A stretch of 62,884 nt of DNA, filler included. It is 9 parts of 9 records of this genome, joined end to end, with 100 filler letters (N's around TTAATTAATTAA, not from the genome) between each part and the next. Parts side by side here need not be neighbours in the genome. Positions count along the whole stretch, not along the records: positions 12,620 to 23,341 come from SRR31147125_46923; positions 23,442 to 30,428 come from SRR31147125_46931; positions 30,529 to 36,369 come from SRR31147125_46952; 6 more parts are not named here. One strand, 5' to 3'. Positions 18,789 through 30,530 of the stretch are shown one piece after another; the first letter of the stretch is position 1; each line of letters starts with the position of its first letter. Under the pieces are notes generated by a model. It was not told the origin of the DNA. It made no database searches and saw only the letters and a list, made by a program, of their open reading frames with translations. A program made the translations under genes and the position numbers.

Positions 18789-20084
18789 TTAAACAACAGC
18801 TTTTCCTTCACTATCCTTATGGTCTATAACCTCAGGAATTATCCCCTTATTACCAAGCTCATGTTTATAAAGCTCCTCTGTTGCAAGTGCCATCTTTGTT
18901 ACGCTGAAATCAGTGCCCTCAGGGTAAATATAGAATGTATCGTTGGTGGTATTTAAATCAATACAATCACCATGCTTACCTAAATAATTATATTCTATAT
19001 GGCATGAATACAATGATGCTACAGACTTCTCTATTTTGTAGGGCTCTCCGTTGTACTCCCCTTCTACTACAAAGCCATTCATATTGTGTGTTAGCTTTGC
19101 CTTGCCAAGGTTAATATATCCTTTTGCATTCGGCAGGCTGTCCACCCTGGCATCAGATGAAAAACTATACTTTCCTTCATCAATTTCTTTTCGCACATTG
19201 GCTCTTTCCCATTCATACCAATCAGGAATATGATAAAATTCTGTTACACCATCGTCCCCCGATAGTCTGCCGTATTCGCTCATAGTCCAGCTTTTGCCGC
19301 AGCTATTGCAAATAAGCTTATCATCTTTTGATGTCATTTTATATTCAGTCATGCACTTAGGGCATTGATACAACACCTTGTGCAAGCCTTCAGCACGTTT
19401 TTCGTAATCCACTTTTACTTTGTTGTCCCACTGCCATTTGTAATCGTCATAGATAAACTCCTTTTGGATTTTGCCGTTTATCTCCTCCACTGTCATAGTC
19501 TTTAATTGTTCAGGTGTCATCAGGCATTTCATTGTGCTTTCAACAGAAATCTTTCTTTCATGCAAGTTCCAAAACGGAGAATTTATATGGTGACCGTGAT
19601 GGATAATAGTTACAATAGGAACTTTCAAAAACTTAGCCAGCTTCCCTATAGAATCAGGAAGTATAGCGTTAGTTCCGCAAAGGCTGTAGCGAGCCTCCGG
19701 ATATAATACGGCTATGTCGCCGTTTATAATAACCGTGCGCAAATGTTTAACCGTAGTTAAGTCTTTGGTAAATTTACGTTTGCATATGCACCCAACAGCA
19801 CGGAGTAATTTCTCCCCTATTATAAATCCGTCTATTGCAACAATGCTGTTTGTTCTGTGCGGAAAGGTCGCCTTAGTAACAACTTTAAAATCTAAAAATG
19901 CATTATGATTAACAAGCAAAAGATACGGCGGCTTTATGCTCTCCATATTTACTTTAGTAATTACGCTTTTACGCTTTATTGCATCTGGGAAAGATAACAG
20001 CCAAATTAAAGGTCTTAGCTTTTGACGCTTAGGCGGCTTGACCATATCAAATCTTTCAAATTCGCTTTGCGGGATTTTCTTCAT
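18789..20084 (-). CDS. PlsC-family glycerolipid acyltransferase with C-terminal extension
   Basis: NHNAFLD (NHxxxxD) and LYPEA motifs; CPKC and CNSC putative zinc ribbon. Confidence 0.85.
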   Translation of the reverse strand: MKKIPQSEFERFDMVKPPKRQKLRPLIWLLSFPDAIKRKSVITKVNMESIKPPYLLLVNHNAFLDFKVVTKATFPHRTNSIVAIDGFIIGEKLLRAVGCICKRKFTKDLTTVKHLRTVIINGDIAVLYPEARYSLCGTNAILPDSIGKLAKFLKVPIVTIIHHGHHINSPFWNLHERKISVESTMKCLMTPEQLKTMTVEEINGKIQKEFIYDDYKWQWDNKVKVDYEKRAEGLHKVLYQCPKCMTEYKMTSKDDKLICNSCGKSWTMSEYGRLSGDDGVTEFYHIPDWYEWERANVRKEIDEGKYSFSSDARVDSLPNAKGYINLGKAKLTHNMNGFVVEGEYNGEPYKIEKSVASLYSCHIEYNYLGKHGDCIDLNTTNDTFYIYPEGTDFSVTKMALATEELYKHELGNKGIIPEVIDHKDSEGKAVV

Positions 20085-20342
20085 AACTTTTCTCCATCTT
20101 CTTTATATTTTAATATATTTATTGATTATAGCATAAATGGGTTTATGTGAGTTGAATATATTTAATTATTTTGTATAATAAAATATAAATCACTTTAATA
20201 CTGAAATTAAGAATTAATTGAGCATTGAGCCTGCTTTAATACAAAAGGCGGCAAAAAAATTGTATGATGATAGCGAGATGAAATTAGCAAAGTTATAATC
20301 TTCATATAGCACATTCCCTTAGCATTAGTCTAATACACCCTC

Positions 20343-20379
20343 TTCTAATGAATTTCTAATCTTCTAATTTTCTTCTAAT
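20343..20379 (+). promoter_or_regulatory. tandem TTCTAAT direct repeats, probable OmpR-family operator
   Basis: Four TTCTAAT at 20343, 20354, 20362 and 20373 (two pairs spaced 11 bp) upstream of the regulator operon. Confidence 0.6.
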
Positions 20380-20457
20380 CTAATATAAATAGCATTCAAA
20401 TATCTTTTGGGTTATACTAAAGACAACAATTTAAATAATATGATTGGGATGAACTAT

Positions 20458-20964
20458 ATGAAATACAGTTATGTAGATATAAGAAAACTACAAAACGCTG
20501 CAGAAGTGGATTTTGAAACTGCAGACAAAGCATTAAAAAAAGCCAATGGCAATTTCAGCAAAGCTGAATATTTTGCAAGAAAAAGAAAAGTGAAAACAGA
20601 GTCCAGGTCAAGCATCACTGGCGGGATATCTGAAATATTCGGTAGATTTTTCAACTATAGATTTATTGCTTATAGAGGTAAAACAACCTATATAAATATT
20701 CGTATGTGGGTTATGCTTCTTCTATTATTTTTCCTCAACGGTACTTTCTATGATGCTATCTGGCTGCTATTATTTCCGTTTATCATTACGATCTTTATAG
20801 GCGTTGAATACAAAATCGTAAGCCTTTTTAAAAAAACAGAAGAACCATCGGTAAACATGGAGCCTGCACCAAATAATTCCCATGCAGATGAAGATCTAGT
20901 TTTCAGCGAAGAAGTGGTAAAAGATGATGACGAAGGCTTTGTGAAAGTTGAGATTGATAAATGA
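20458..20964 (+). CDS. membrane protein with UBA-like N-terminus (DUF4342-like)
   Basis: DIRKLQ...ADKALKKANGN UBA/EF-Ts-like helices, hydrophobic hairpin; ATGA overlap with the regulator; start uncertain. Confidence 0.6.
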   Translation: MKYSYVDIRKLQNAAEVDFETADKALKKANGNFSKAEYFARKRKVKTESRSSITGGISEIFGRFFNYRFIAYRGKTTYINIRMWVMLLLLFFLNGTFYDAIWLLLFPFIITIFIGVEYKIVSLFKKTEEPSVNMEPAPNNSHADEDLVFSEEVVKDDDEGFVKVEIDK

Positions 20965-21635
20965 AAATTTTAGTTGTGGAAGATGATAAAAAACTATCTA
21001 GATTCCTCCAGCTGGAATTAGAGCACGAAAACTATAAAGTAGATGTTGCCTACGATGGAAAAACTGGCCTTAAAATGGCACTGGATGAAAGTGTAGACCT
21101 GGTACTGCTTGATATTATGCTGCCGGAGCTTTCAGGCATCGGAGTATTAAAAAAGCTTAGAAAAACAAGATCTGTTCCTGTAATTATGCTGACTGCAAAA
21201 GATGATGTATCAGATAAGGTAACCGGGCTTGATTCAGGTGCAGATGATTATATGACTAAACCTTTTGACATAGAGGAATTGTTTGCAAGAATCAGAGTTG
21301 CTTTATCCAGACAAACTGCAAAAAAAACAGATGATAGTAAAATAACGTGCGGCAAGCTGACTATTAACTTAGATAATTTTCAGGCAAAATATGATGGCAC
21401 TGATTTAGGATTAACAAAAAAAGAATTTGAATTGCTTACTTATCTTGCAAGAAATAAGGGCAAAGTATTATCAAGGGATAAAATACTAAAAGACGTATGG
21501 GGATATAACTATGCAGGGGAAACCAATGTGGTAGATGTTTATATATTGTATTTAAGAAACAAAATAAACAAACCATTTAATATAGATATAATACAAACGG
21601 TCAGAGGTTTTGGCTACACACTACAAGAAAAATAG
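20961..21635 (+). CDS. OmpR-family response regulator
   Basis: VVEDD, LLDIMLP, GADDYMTKPF, TVRGFGY. Confidence 0.95.
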   Translation: MKILVVEDDKKLSRFLQLELEHENYKVDVAYDGKTGLKMALDESVDLVLLDIMLPELSGIGVLKKLRKTRSVPVIMLTAKDDVSDKVTGLDSGADDYMTKPFDIEELFARIRVALSRQTAKKTDDSKITCGKLTINLDNFQAKYDGTDLGLTKKEFELLTYLARNKGKVLSRDKILKDVWGYNYAGETNVVDVYILYLRNKINKPFNIDIIQTVRGFGYTLQEK

Positions 21636-21641
21636 AGTATT

Positions 21642-23078
21642 ATGGCAAAGTTAAAATCAAAATTATATACAGTTGGTTCAAATATAGATAATCAACCTAT
21701 AAAAAAGGTTTCTAAATCTATTAGATCAAAAATAACATCAAACTATTTATTGATCTATACAGTTATTAGCCTAAGCTTAATAGTGCTTTTATTAATTGGT
21801 ACTTTATACACAACATATGAAATTACAGAAAATATGGCATATGAATTTGTGAAAGATGCAACTAATAATTACAGCAGTATTATAGATGCAGATAATATAA
21901 CTTATAATAAAGATTATATAAATAAATATTGGATTATAGATACAGAGTCAGGACAGATAATAGCAACCAGCACTAGCCCTGCAGAATTTAATAAAGATGC
22001 TTTTTTTGAAAATCGAAAAAGCTATCTAGCGACTATAATAACAACCCAGTCCATATCAAACTATTTTTATTTCAGACAGGAAATAAAAGGCAAAATATAT
22101 GAGTTCTATTTGACTGTAGATGGTACACCTTTGCTTGATGTGGCTGGAATTTACTTTATTATTTTGTTTGTGATTATTATAGTATTCCTTTTCTTCGGTA
22201 TGTTTATAATGCTGATATTCGGGTCTTTTAATACACAACGGTATCTATCCCCATTAAAGGACATCAGCAACCTGACAACCCAGATAAATTCAGACAATCT
22301 AAACATGCGCTTGGATGTTCAGTCTGCGAGATACGAGCTTAAAGAGCTGGTTATGACAATAAACAATATGCTTGACAGAATACAGATTGGCTACCTTAAG
22401 CAAAAGCAGTTTGTATCGGATGTTTCCCACGAATTAAGGACACCAATAAGCATTATCGATGGTTATGCTAACATGCTTAAAAGATGGGCAAAAGATGATG
22501 AAAAAGTATTTGATGAATCCTTAGAAGCTATTATAGACGAAACACAAAGCATGAAAACCGTTGTTGAAAATCTATTACTGCTAGCTAGGTATGACAACAA
22601 CACATTAGTTTTGGATAAAGAAAAATACTCATTGTCTGAGCAAGTATATGAAATGTACAAAGAACTAATGATGCTAAACAACAATAAACACATAATAGAA
22701 AACACTATAGAAGCTGATGTATTCTTTCATGGTGATAAAATAAAGATAAGGCAGGCAATCAGAGAGTTCTGCAAAAATGCTATTAAATATACTCCCGTGC
22801 AGGGCAATATAACTTTGACCTTAAGCAAGACTAGAAATAGAGCAATAATTAATATAAAAGATACCGGGATTGGTATAGCAAGAAAAGACATTGGACGGAT
22901 ATTTGAACGATTCTATAGGGCAGACAGAGCAAGAAACAGGACAGAGGAGGGATATGGTCTTGGCTTATCAATAGCAAGGGCAATCATCGTAGCCCATAAA
23001 GGCACAATATCTTTAAAAAGCAAAGATGGCGTTGGAACTGAGATAGAAATAATGATTCCACTTAACCAAAAGGACTAA
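21642..23078 (+). CDS. sensor histidine kinase (HAMP-HisKA-HATPase)
   Basis: Two TM helices, SHELRTP, NAIKY, DTGIGI, GLGLSIA. Confidence 0.95.
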   Translation: MAKLKSKLYTVGSNIDNQPIKKVSKSIRSKITSNYLLIYTVISLSLIVLLLIGTLYTTYEITENMAYEFVKDATNNYSSIIDADNITYNKDYINKYWIIDTESGQIIATSTSPAEFNKDAFFENRKSYLATIITTQSISNYFYFRQEIKGKIYEFYLTVDGTPLLDVAGIYFIILFVIIIVFLFFGMFIMLIFGSFNTQRYLSPLKDISNLTTQINSDNLNMRLDVQSARYELKELVMTINNMLDRIQIGYLKQKQFVSDVSHELRTPISIIDGYANMLKRWAKDDEKVFDESLEAIIDETQSMKTVVENLLLLARYDNNTLVLDKEKYSLSEQVYEMYKELMMLNNNKHIIENTIEADVFFHGDKIKIRQAIREFCKNAIKYTPVQGNITLTLSKTRNRAIINIKDTGIGIARKDIGRIFERFYRADRARNRTEEGYGLGLSIARAIIVAHKGTISLKSKDGVGTEIEIMIPLNQKD

Positions 23079-23341
23079 AAAAATTACAAAATTGTAAGAT
23101 TGAGAATTGAAATGTAAGATGAATGAATAGATTAGAAACTTCTATAATGATATAATTTTAGTGTAATTATTATAGCAATGTTAACAAATCGCCTATAATT
23201 CATTGAAGACAAGTTTAATAAACAAAAAACCTGATTTATGTAGGTTTATTAATAGTGCAAAATAATAGGAAAGTAAAATGTGTTAAACTCCTAAGCTGCA
23301 GCAAAGGAGCAAATAGGGACTGTTGAAAAATAGAAATTTTT

Positions 23342-23441
23342 NNNNNNNNNNNNNNNNNNNNNNNNNNNNNNNNNNNNNNNNNNNNTTAATTAATTAANNN
23401 NNNNNNNNNNNNNNNNNNNNNNNNNNNNNNNNNNNNNNNNN
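23342..23441. other. artificial contig linker
   Basis: N run with TTAATTAATTAA. Confidence 0.98.
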
Positions 23442-23773
23442 GTGGTAAATCAAAAGCTGCGGAGTCCCTAATAACGATATCGTATATGTTATGGATGCTT
23501 TCCATCGATCCCGACAGAGGTTTGCATTTCAGGTATCCCCACGGAATCGCTGAAACTATACAACGTTTTTTGTTGATTTCAGAATTGGATAGAGCTGTTT
23601 TCTAACCATTATGTATCAAAGTGTATTAATAGGGCAAACATGGGAATGAAATATTTTGAAGATTTGATTGAGGGAGAGCATTTAGATCGTCATTTTTTTT
23701 AGCACCACCGGTGATTTTCGGATAATCAGATATCGCTATTTCTCGGAAATCGCCACATCAGTGGGAGAATGAT

Positions 23774-24652
23774 ATGGAAAAACAGAAACCCAGCCGTTCC
23801 GCAGGAATTCTTGCCGCACATCGCGCTTTTGAATCATCCAAACATCACGACAAAAGGATCTGTCACGATCCTTTTGCCAAACGATTTCTTCCCCCGGGAT
23901 TTACAGTAATAGGAGAGTCTCCAATACCCGAAGAGACAGCTCTTGACATGTTTAGAGAGATTGTACCCGGCTTTCATGAATTCTTTCTGGCTCGGACAAG
24001 GTATATTGATGACTATTTACTGAAAATGAGTACTAAAGGCCTTGAACAGGTGGTAATTCTGGGAGCTGGGTATGACTCTAGAGCCTATCGTTTTGATGCA
24101 TTCATAAACAATATCACGGTTTTTGAAGTTGATCATCCTGCGACTCAGGCTGTCAAAAAAGAGAAGATCAAGCAAATATGTCAAGGGATGCCGAATCATG
24201 TCAAGTTCGTCCCTCTTGATTTTCATCAAGATCACCTTTCAACATGTTTGAGTGAAAACGGGTACGACAAAAATCTCACGACCTTATTCATATGGGAAGG
24301 TGTCACCATGTACATTACCTCCAATGCAGTGGATGAGACCCTTACTTTTATTTCGCAAAACAACGGAAAAGGGAGTGCCGTAATTTTTGATTACACCTGT
24401 CCAGAAGTGATTGAAGGAACATGTGAGCTGAAAGAAGCAATGGAGTGGATTAAGATCACGGAGAAATCCGGCGAACCTCTACTTTTTGGAATCGCGAATG
24501 ATGAGGTGGAACCATTTCTGACCAAAAGAGGATTTAGTAATATCGTAACCATAACAAACGAATTTTTTAAAACCCACTATTTTGTCGGTGTGAACAAAGG
24601 AAGGCAATCCACGCCGATTCTTGCCATTGCTCATGCGGAAATCGACAATTAA
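23774..24652 (+). CDS. SAM-dependent methyltransferase (leucine carboxyl methyltransferase-like)
   Basis: ARTRYIDD, QVVILGAGYDSRAYR, FEVDHP, IWEGVTMY. Confidence 0.9.
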   Translation: MEKQKPSRSAGILAAHRAFESSKHHDKRICHDPFAKRFLPPGFTVIGESPIPEETALDMFREIVPGFHEFFLARTRYIDDYLLKMSTKGLEQVVILGAGYDSRAYRFDAFINNITVFEVDHPATQAVKKEKIKQICQGMPNHVKFVPLDFHQDHLSTCLSENGYDKNLTTLFIWEGVTMYITSNAVDETLTFISQNNGKGSAVIFDYTCPEVIEGTCELKEAMEWIKITEKSGEPLLFGIANDEVEPFLTKRGFSNIVTITNEFFKTHYFVGVNKGRQSTPILAIAHAEIDN

Positions 24653-24779
24653 AATTACAGCGTCACAGGGTCTTTGTCAAATGAGAAATGTTATAATTGT
24701 GCCCTGAACACTTCGAGAGCAGTACTCATGGGCAAGAACAATATCGCTAATTAAATGTAAAAAAACTCGGATTAAATCC

Positions 24780-25784
24780 ATGAAGAAAAAACTTCTGATC
24801 GGTTGCGGTTCAACTATCTTAGCGGTGATTGCCGTCATTGCTGGATTGTTTTTGTGGTTATGGACGTTTTCCATGCCGAATGCCCCTGAAATGACGGATT
24901 ATCACCCGTTTCGATCCAGAGAGGCAAAAGCAGAGTCTCTTCAACGGTATGATGAAGCAGCTAAGGATTGGCCGATTGTTTCTCAAACAATGTTCGTCGG
25001 TACATCATATGGTAAAACCTTTGTAAGGATAAGCGGACCATTGGAGGCACCGCCCCTAATTCTACTCCACGGAGCTGGAGCGAATTCGTTGATGTGGATG
25101 CCGAACATCATCGATTTATCTCGTTCATACAGAGTCTATGCCGTAGATAATATCGTTGACTACGGTCGCAGCGTCAACACAAGGAATATAGAACATCCGG
25201 ATGATTTTGTCGTATGGTTGGATGAAACATTTACAGCTCTTAAGCTGGACAGAAGGTTCCATCTTGTGGGGATGTCTTATGGGGGGTGGCTGGCAGGCCA
25301 ATATTCCCTTCGATTTCCTGAACGATTGAAAAAAGTCGTGCTGCTTGCACCGGGTGGAACTGTTTTGCCGTTCCGTGCAGAGTTCAAGGTTCGTGCCGCT
25401 CTAAGCTTTATTCCTCATCGGTATTTTATAAATAATTTCTTTTTTTGGCTGTTTGAGGATTTAGTGAATACAGATGAAGCCGCTCGTCAAATGGTTCGAG
25501 AATGGGTGGATGGATATTATTTTAACAGGCAAAGCTTTCAACCAAGGCCCCTGATACCTCCCACTGTATTTGAAGATCAAGAATTACAAAAAATCAGCAT
25601 ACCGGTTCTCTTTATGGTCGGGGAAAATGAAAAAATATATTCTGCCAAACAAGCCGTTGATCGACTTCATACGATTGCCCCCAATATCGAAACAGCTATC
25701 ATACCCAAAGCGGGTCATGACATTTGGATCGTGCAAGCGAAGACAGTAAACGACCACATATTGGATTTTTTAAACAAACCATAA
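24780..25784 (+). CDS. alpha/beta hydrolase (carboxylesterase) with N-terminal anchor
   Basis: LHGAG, GMSYGG nucleophile elbow, GENE, AGH. Confidence 0.9.
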   Translation: MKKKLLIGCGSTILAVIAVIAGLFLWLWTFSMPNAPEMTDYHPFRSREAKAESLQRYDEAAKDWPIVSQTMFVGTSYGKTFVRISGPLEAPPLILLHGAGANSLMWMPNIIDLSRSYRVYAVDNIVDYGRSVNTRNIEHPDDFVVWLDETFTALKLDRRFHLVGMSYGGWLAGQYSLRFPERLKKVVLLAPGGTVLPFRAEFKVRAALSFIPHRYFINNFFFWLFEDLVNTDEAARQMVREWVDGYYFNRQSFQPRPLIPPTVFEDQELQKISIPVLFMVGENEKIYSAKQAVDRLHTIAPNIETAIIPKAGHDIWIVQAKTVNDHILDFLNKP

Positions 25785-25821
25785 GGCAGGTGTTTTTCAA
25801 ATATACCAAAAAGGGAATAAT

Positions 25822-27377
25822 ATGAAAGAAAGTTCACCCCCCAATTTCGTCAATAATTTTCAGCCTCCGCCGGATGCGACCATTGAATTGAAAAACGGTA
25901 GAGTTGTCGATGTCATGAATGGCAGATATTTCAATAGGGACGTAAAATTGATTCTCAAGGGCAGAAGAATTGAAGCCATGCCCGGAGTCGACAATGAACC
26001 GTCGGATATCAAAACTGATTTTGTTATCGATCTCAAGGGAAAAACGGTCATGCCCGGTTTGTTCAATACCCATTGTCACACGACCATGACATCCCCTTCC
26101 CTACTCCCGGATATCTGGGATGTAAAGCGACTCAAAAAACATGCTGATAAACAGATGGAAAAGAGTATGGCGGACTGCCTGATCCACGGAATTACCAACA
26201 TTCGAGATACCTGGGCCGCAGATTTACGGAAGCTGAGAGTACTTCGGGAGAGGATTCAAAAGAGGGAGCTGGCAGGTCCCAGGATCATGCAATCCGTTCT
26301 CGTGGGGCCTCCCGGAGGATACTTGACGGAAACATACGGATGGATGATGAAACGAGTCAGGTCCATTATGGGGGCACCTCCCATGGAATACGATGCACAA
26401 TTTTGCGGAACGGTACTATTTCCCGTCGATGCAGATGAAAAGCAGGTAAGAGACGCCGTGGACAGAGCCATTGATGAACGGGGAGCCGAAACCATCAAAA
26501 TCGGAGAGCAGAAGGAAAATACGACAAATTTCAAACCCGATGCCACCATTATGAGCATGGAACAGTTGGCAATCATTGCAGACCAGGCACAAAAGAGAAA
26601 CGTCAAGTCAACGATCCATCACGTGTCAGCCGACTCATTTAAACGCGCCTCAAAAGCCGGGGTTTCATCTTTGGCCCACATGGCATGTGACGCACTTCTT
26701 ACTGAAGAGGATATCACCCGGTTCCTATCCCAAGGATGCATGATTGAGCCGACCATGTCCGTTGCCTACGATATCAGTTACAAAATAAAAAATGATGAAT
26801 CGCTCCTGGACGATTGTTATCTGAGTGCACTGACCCGCTTCAGAAACCAAGTTCATACCGACATTGTAAAGCAGTTTTGGATCCCCGAGTATCAACGCTG
26901 CGCCCAAAACCATCACCAAAAATTGAGCAATAAAAAAACAACAATTTTTGGAATTTTACCCATGAAAACACTGTTTGAAAACGGTGCACTCGTTTGCACC
27001 ACCGGAGCCAGAAACCTCATTAAGCTCTATATGAGCGGCGCACCCGTAAGCATTTCCAATGACGGCGGCGTCCCCCCTGTACAGTGGCCATGGTGCAACA
27101 TGAAATCGATCTACTCCACCTTTTTTTGAATCAATCCTCACAAAAAGATCTGTTCAAGGGGGCGGATGCAGTGCGGGCCGCCACCATAAACGGCGCCAGA
27201 TGCCTGGGACTTGAAAGGGATTTCGGCTCCATTGAAACCGGAAAAATCGCCGATCTGGTCATTGTGGAAGGAAATCCGTTGGAGGATTTCCGGCTCGTGG
27301 GCAGCCCTGTGGCAGCCCTTTTCATGGATGGAAGGCTGGTGATTGACAATTGCAATCTTGAGGCTGTTCCTGTTTGA
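25822..27377 (+). CDS. metal-dependent amidohydrolase; one gene with a frameshift in the C run at about 27072-27077
   Basis: PGLFNTHCH; NDGG continues into ATINGA...GSIETGKIADLVIV in the other frame. Confidence 0.85.
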
Positions 27378-27446
27378 AACGCTCATTTTTTTTTGATATC
27401 ATCCCGTGCGGGGAAAAAAACCTTGTGATGATTCAACGATTCGATT

Positions 27447-30428
27447 CTATTTGACTTGAAACCCCATGCAATCATAATCCATCCACTGATCCGATTTCCA
27501 AGGATCGGCGCCCGCTTTTGTCACGATGCCGCAGCAGGCATAACTGCCTTGAGGCAACCCCGGGGGAAAATTCATCTCAAGAAGAACAACGGTTTTGCTT
27601 TCAGACACGGTTTGATCCGATGCAAAAGGGGTCAACTCGTTGAGGGCACTAAAACCCGGTGACGGCATGGGGGATGAGAGCGTCAGAAACAGTCCATCGG
27701 GAAAGATGATTGCCCCATAGAGATCCAATCTCTCATGTTCATCTGTTATATTTTCGTTGTTATCATTGACGACGATACTGAACCGAAAGGGGGCATCTGC
27801 TTCGAAAACCGAGTTGTTGAGATCGACACTGAGTTCCACATCGTTAGGGGGCGGATCACTACTTGTTACCGCTTCGATCGTCAGATAATCGAGCATGGTG
27901 TACTCGTCAAATATTCCCACGTCAATGGTCAATTTTGAATCTGTAACCGTCACCTCTTTTTTCCGAACAATAAATGGATCCGATGCTTCATCATCAATGA
28001 AGCTCACCCCCTCAATCACCACCCGATTCCGGGAGCGAACCTTTCTTGGCGTTCCCACGGAAATCTCCACTTCGTAAGTTCCGGAAGGAAGATCAAACTC
28101 AAAGACACTGGGATGGTGGGCCCAGTCATCATATACATAGGTGATTTTCCGCTCATCTGTTTCCTCTCCCCATGGATCTCTTCCGGTTTTGAAATGGGTG
28201 GTGTCGTCCAACCAGCCGAAACCGGCCTGATCATCGTAGGACTCCGTCCCCACCTGGAGATAATCATGACCGGCCAGGGTAACATACCTAAAGAGATAAC
28301 CGCTTCCAAAGTCATCCTCTGTCCGGATCGTCATCGGCTCTCCGGCAGGATCCTGAAAATTGATGTAGTAATTTCCCGGTGTGCCTTCCGCCCGGGGATG
28401 ACCTGCTTGGGGATGAATATCGGGAATGGTGTCGATCTCCCCGCCGATTTTTAACCCCATCAATCTTCGCAATTCATATAAAAAGGCGTCGTCACGGCTG
28501 TATGAGGCGACGCCTTGGATTATCTTTTCAGCTAAATAATCGGCGGAATCATCTCCATTGCCCCCTTTGAAGCGGGATGAGTCGATTGAAGATCCCCCCC
28601 TTGTTTTTGTGTTGATTTGCGTCTCGGTTCCGGTTGATTCCCTCCGTTAATGAGATACAAATATTCATAATCTTCAAGGGCATCTCTCAATAATTCGAAT
28701 CGGATGGATGAGACAAACCGGTGGTTTGTGCCGCCGTAAGAAATGGGTTGATTATCCTCAGATGGTGGATAGAGCATGGAGAGATCTCCATTGTGACCGC
28801 TGTTGATGGGGTCCACCCACGGATTTTTACTCCAGTTGTTCAAAGAGTAATAGGCGATACCCCGAATCCGGTATTTCCAGAGAAACCAGCCCGTCAACTT
28901 GCTTTCGATACCGGGATGATCCAGGGTGATGGGATTAAAAAAGGGAGGGCGTGTGCCGTAAAGCCAATAGATCCAGGTTTCTTCTCCGTGATGTTGCTCT
29001 CGATCCGCTGAAATGTCCGGATCGAAATGATTGAGGACAGGAAGCCAGATATCGACCTGACCCGATGCGATATAGTTCGGATGATTGAAAATTTCAGGTT
29101 TCGGCTCTTCGGAGACCATCAGTTTGAGGTTGGGAGCGGCGGCTTTCAGATAACGGGAGTACCAGGCAACGGCATCGTAATCGGCCTGATCCTGGGGTTC
29201 GTTTGCCATGTAGTGGTAGGCCTTGTCCAAATAGCCCAGCTGATCCAGGTAGCTCTCAAGACCGGTCATGTATTGGAACCATTTTTCATTGTACTGAGAG
29301 GATGGGGTGTCAGACTCATACCAGTCCGTACTCTGTCGGTTGATCCCGCAAAATTCAGAGGGGCGTTGATCTTGAGCCGGGTCATTGTTTCTAAAGGTGG
29401 CAGCCATGAATGAGGGAAACCCGGCGGCATAGGACTCTTCGGAATTTGCATTTGCATCTACCGGTGTATTGAATGCTGTCGGGAATGTGCCGGACATCGT
29501 ACCGATGCCGTCTAAATAACGCAACGCCGGCTCTTCAAATCCCCAGATGCCGTCATTGTCCGTCAGGGTGCCGTTGCAGTCGTAATCGATGTAGGGACGG
29601 CCGCCGCCGGAGGTCACCCCGCCGGACCAGAGAAGGCTTTTGGGGGTTAAGCGATGATCAAAGAAAAACGCCTTGATATTGTCCACGTATTGCCAGTAGT
29701 CATCTCCGCAGCAATCGACGCCGTAGGATTCGAGAATGGTCTGATGGGAAAAATTCATTTGGGATTTGATATGAAGCTCCCTTGGAATGGAAAAATTGAA
29801 GACATGAAGATTCAGAGGAATATCGATATTATTTAGATGCAGTGTCGAAGTGTAGTCCCCCGGTGTTGTTTCATTCGATATATGGGCGGTGATCCAAATA
29901 GGGCAGTTTTCATTGGCGGGAAGTGTGAGGATCTCTCCAACTTCCAATGGCATCAGAGGATCGGGCCACTCCCCTACCCTTCCGAGCAGGTCGGTGGGTT
30001 GATCGATTTGTATATATTTGACCTGATGAATCTCTGCCTCAATGCCGGTTCCGGATTCAGGGATGCTGTTGTCATTTACGGGATTGCCGGTACTCATGTC
30101 GCTTGTCCTTAGAAAGGGATCCATGTTGATTTCCAACTGAGTTGACCGGGTCGGGGTGAGGATCACCTGAAACGGCTCAAATTCATTGCCGGCTGCATAG
30201 ATGCGGATTTCAGATGCCGTTTCCGATGGAATCGAGTCATCTTTAAATATCTTTACCGTCGGGGGCGCCGTCCAAATGGAGAGAAGATCGGAGGATTGAG
30301 ACAGTCGGTAGTGCATTGGCGCTTCACTGTAAGTTTCTTCGGCATGGATACAAGGGGTCCCTTTGATGAGCATTCCCAGGAAAATCAAACTGATGAAAAG
30401 ATGTCTCCAATATTGGTATACTCTTTTT
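27447..30428 (-). CDS. secreted DUF4091/GH123-like protein with C-terminal beta-sandwich domains; frameshift near 28550-28640; 5'-truncated
   Basis: NEFEPFQV, WPDPL, NEP, SIRFELLRDALEDYEYL; second frame continues DSADYLAEKII...LRRLMGLKIG; signal peptide runs to contig edge. Confidence 0.7.
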
Positions 30429-30528
30429 NNNNNNNNNNNNNNNNNNNNNNNNNNNNNNNNNNNNNNNNNNNNTTAATTAATTAANNNNNNNNNNNNNNNN
30501 NNNNNNNNNNNNNNNNNNNNNNNNNNNN
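30429..30528. other. artificial contig linker
   Basis: N run with TTAATTAATTAA. Confidence 0.98.
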
Positions 30529-30530
30529 CA

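Noticed and set aside
23313-23341. GGGACTGTTGAAAAA here and GGGACTGTAAATAATTG at 36344, at contig ends, as IS termini
   Set aside because: Plausible cause of the assembly breaks, but no transposase or partner repeat is visible.
23640-23702. MGMKYFEDLIEGE resembling a MaoC dehydratase N-terminus
   Set aside because: Only about 20 codons; too short to support.
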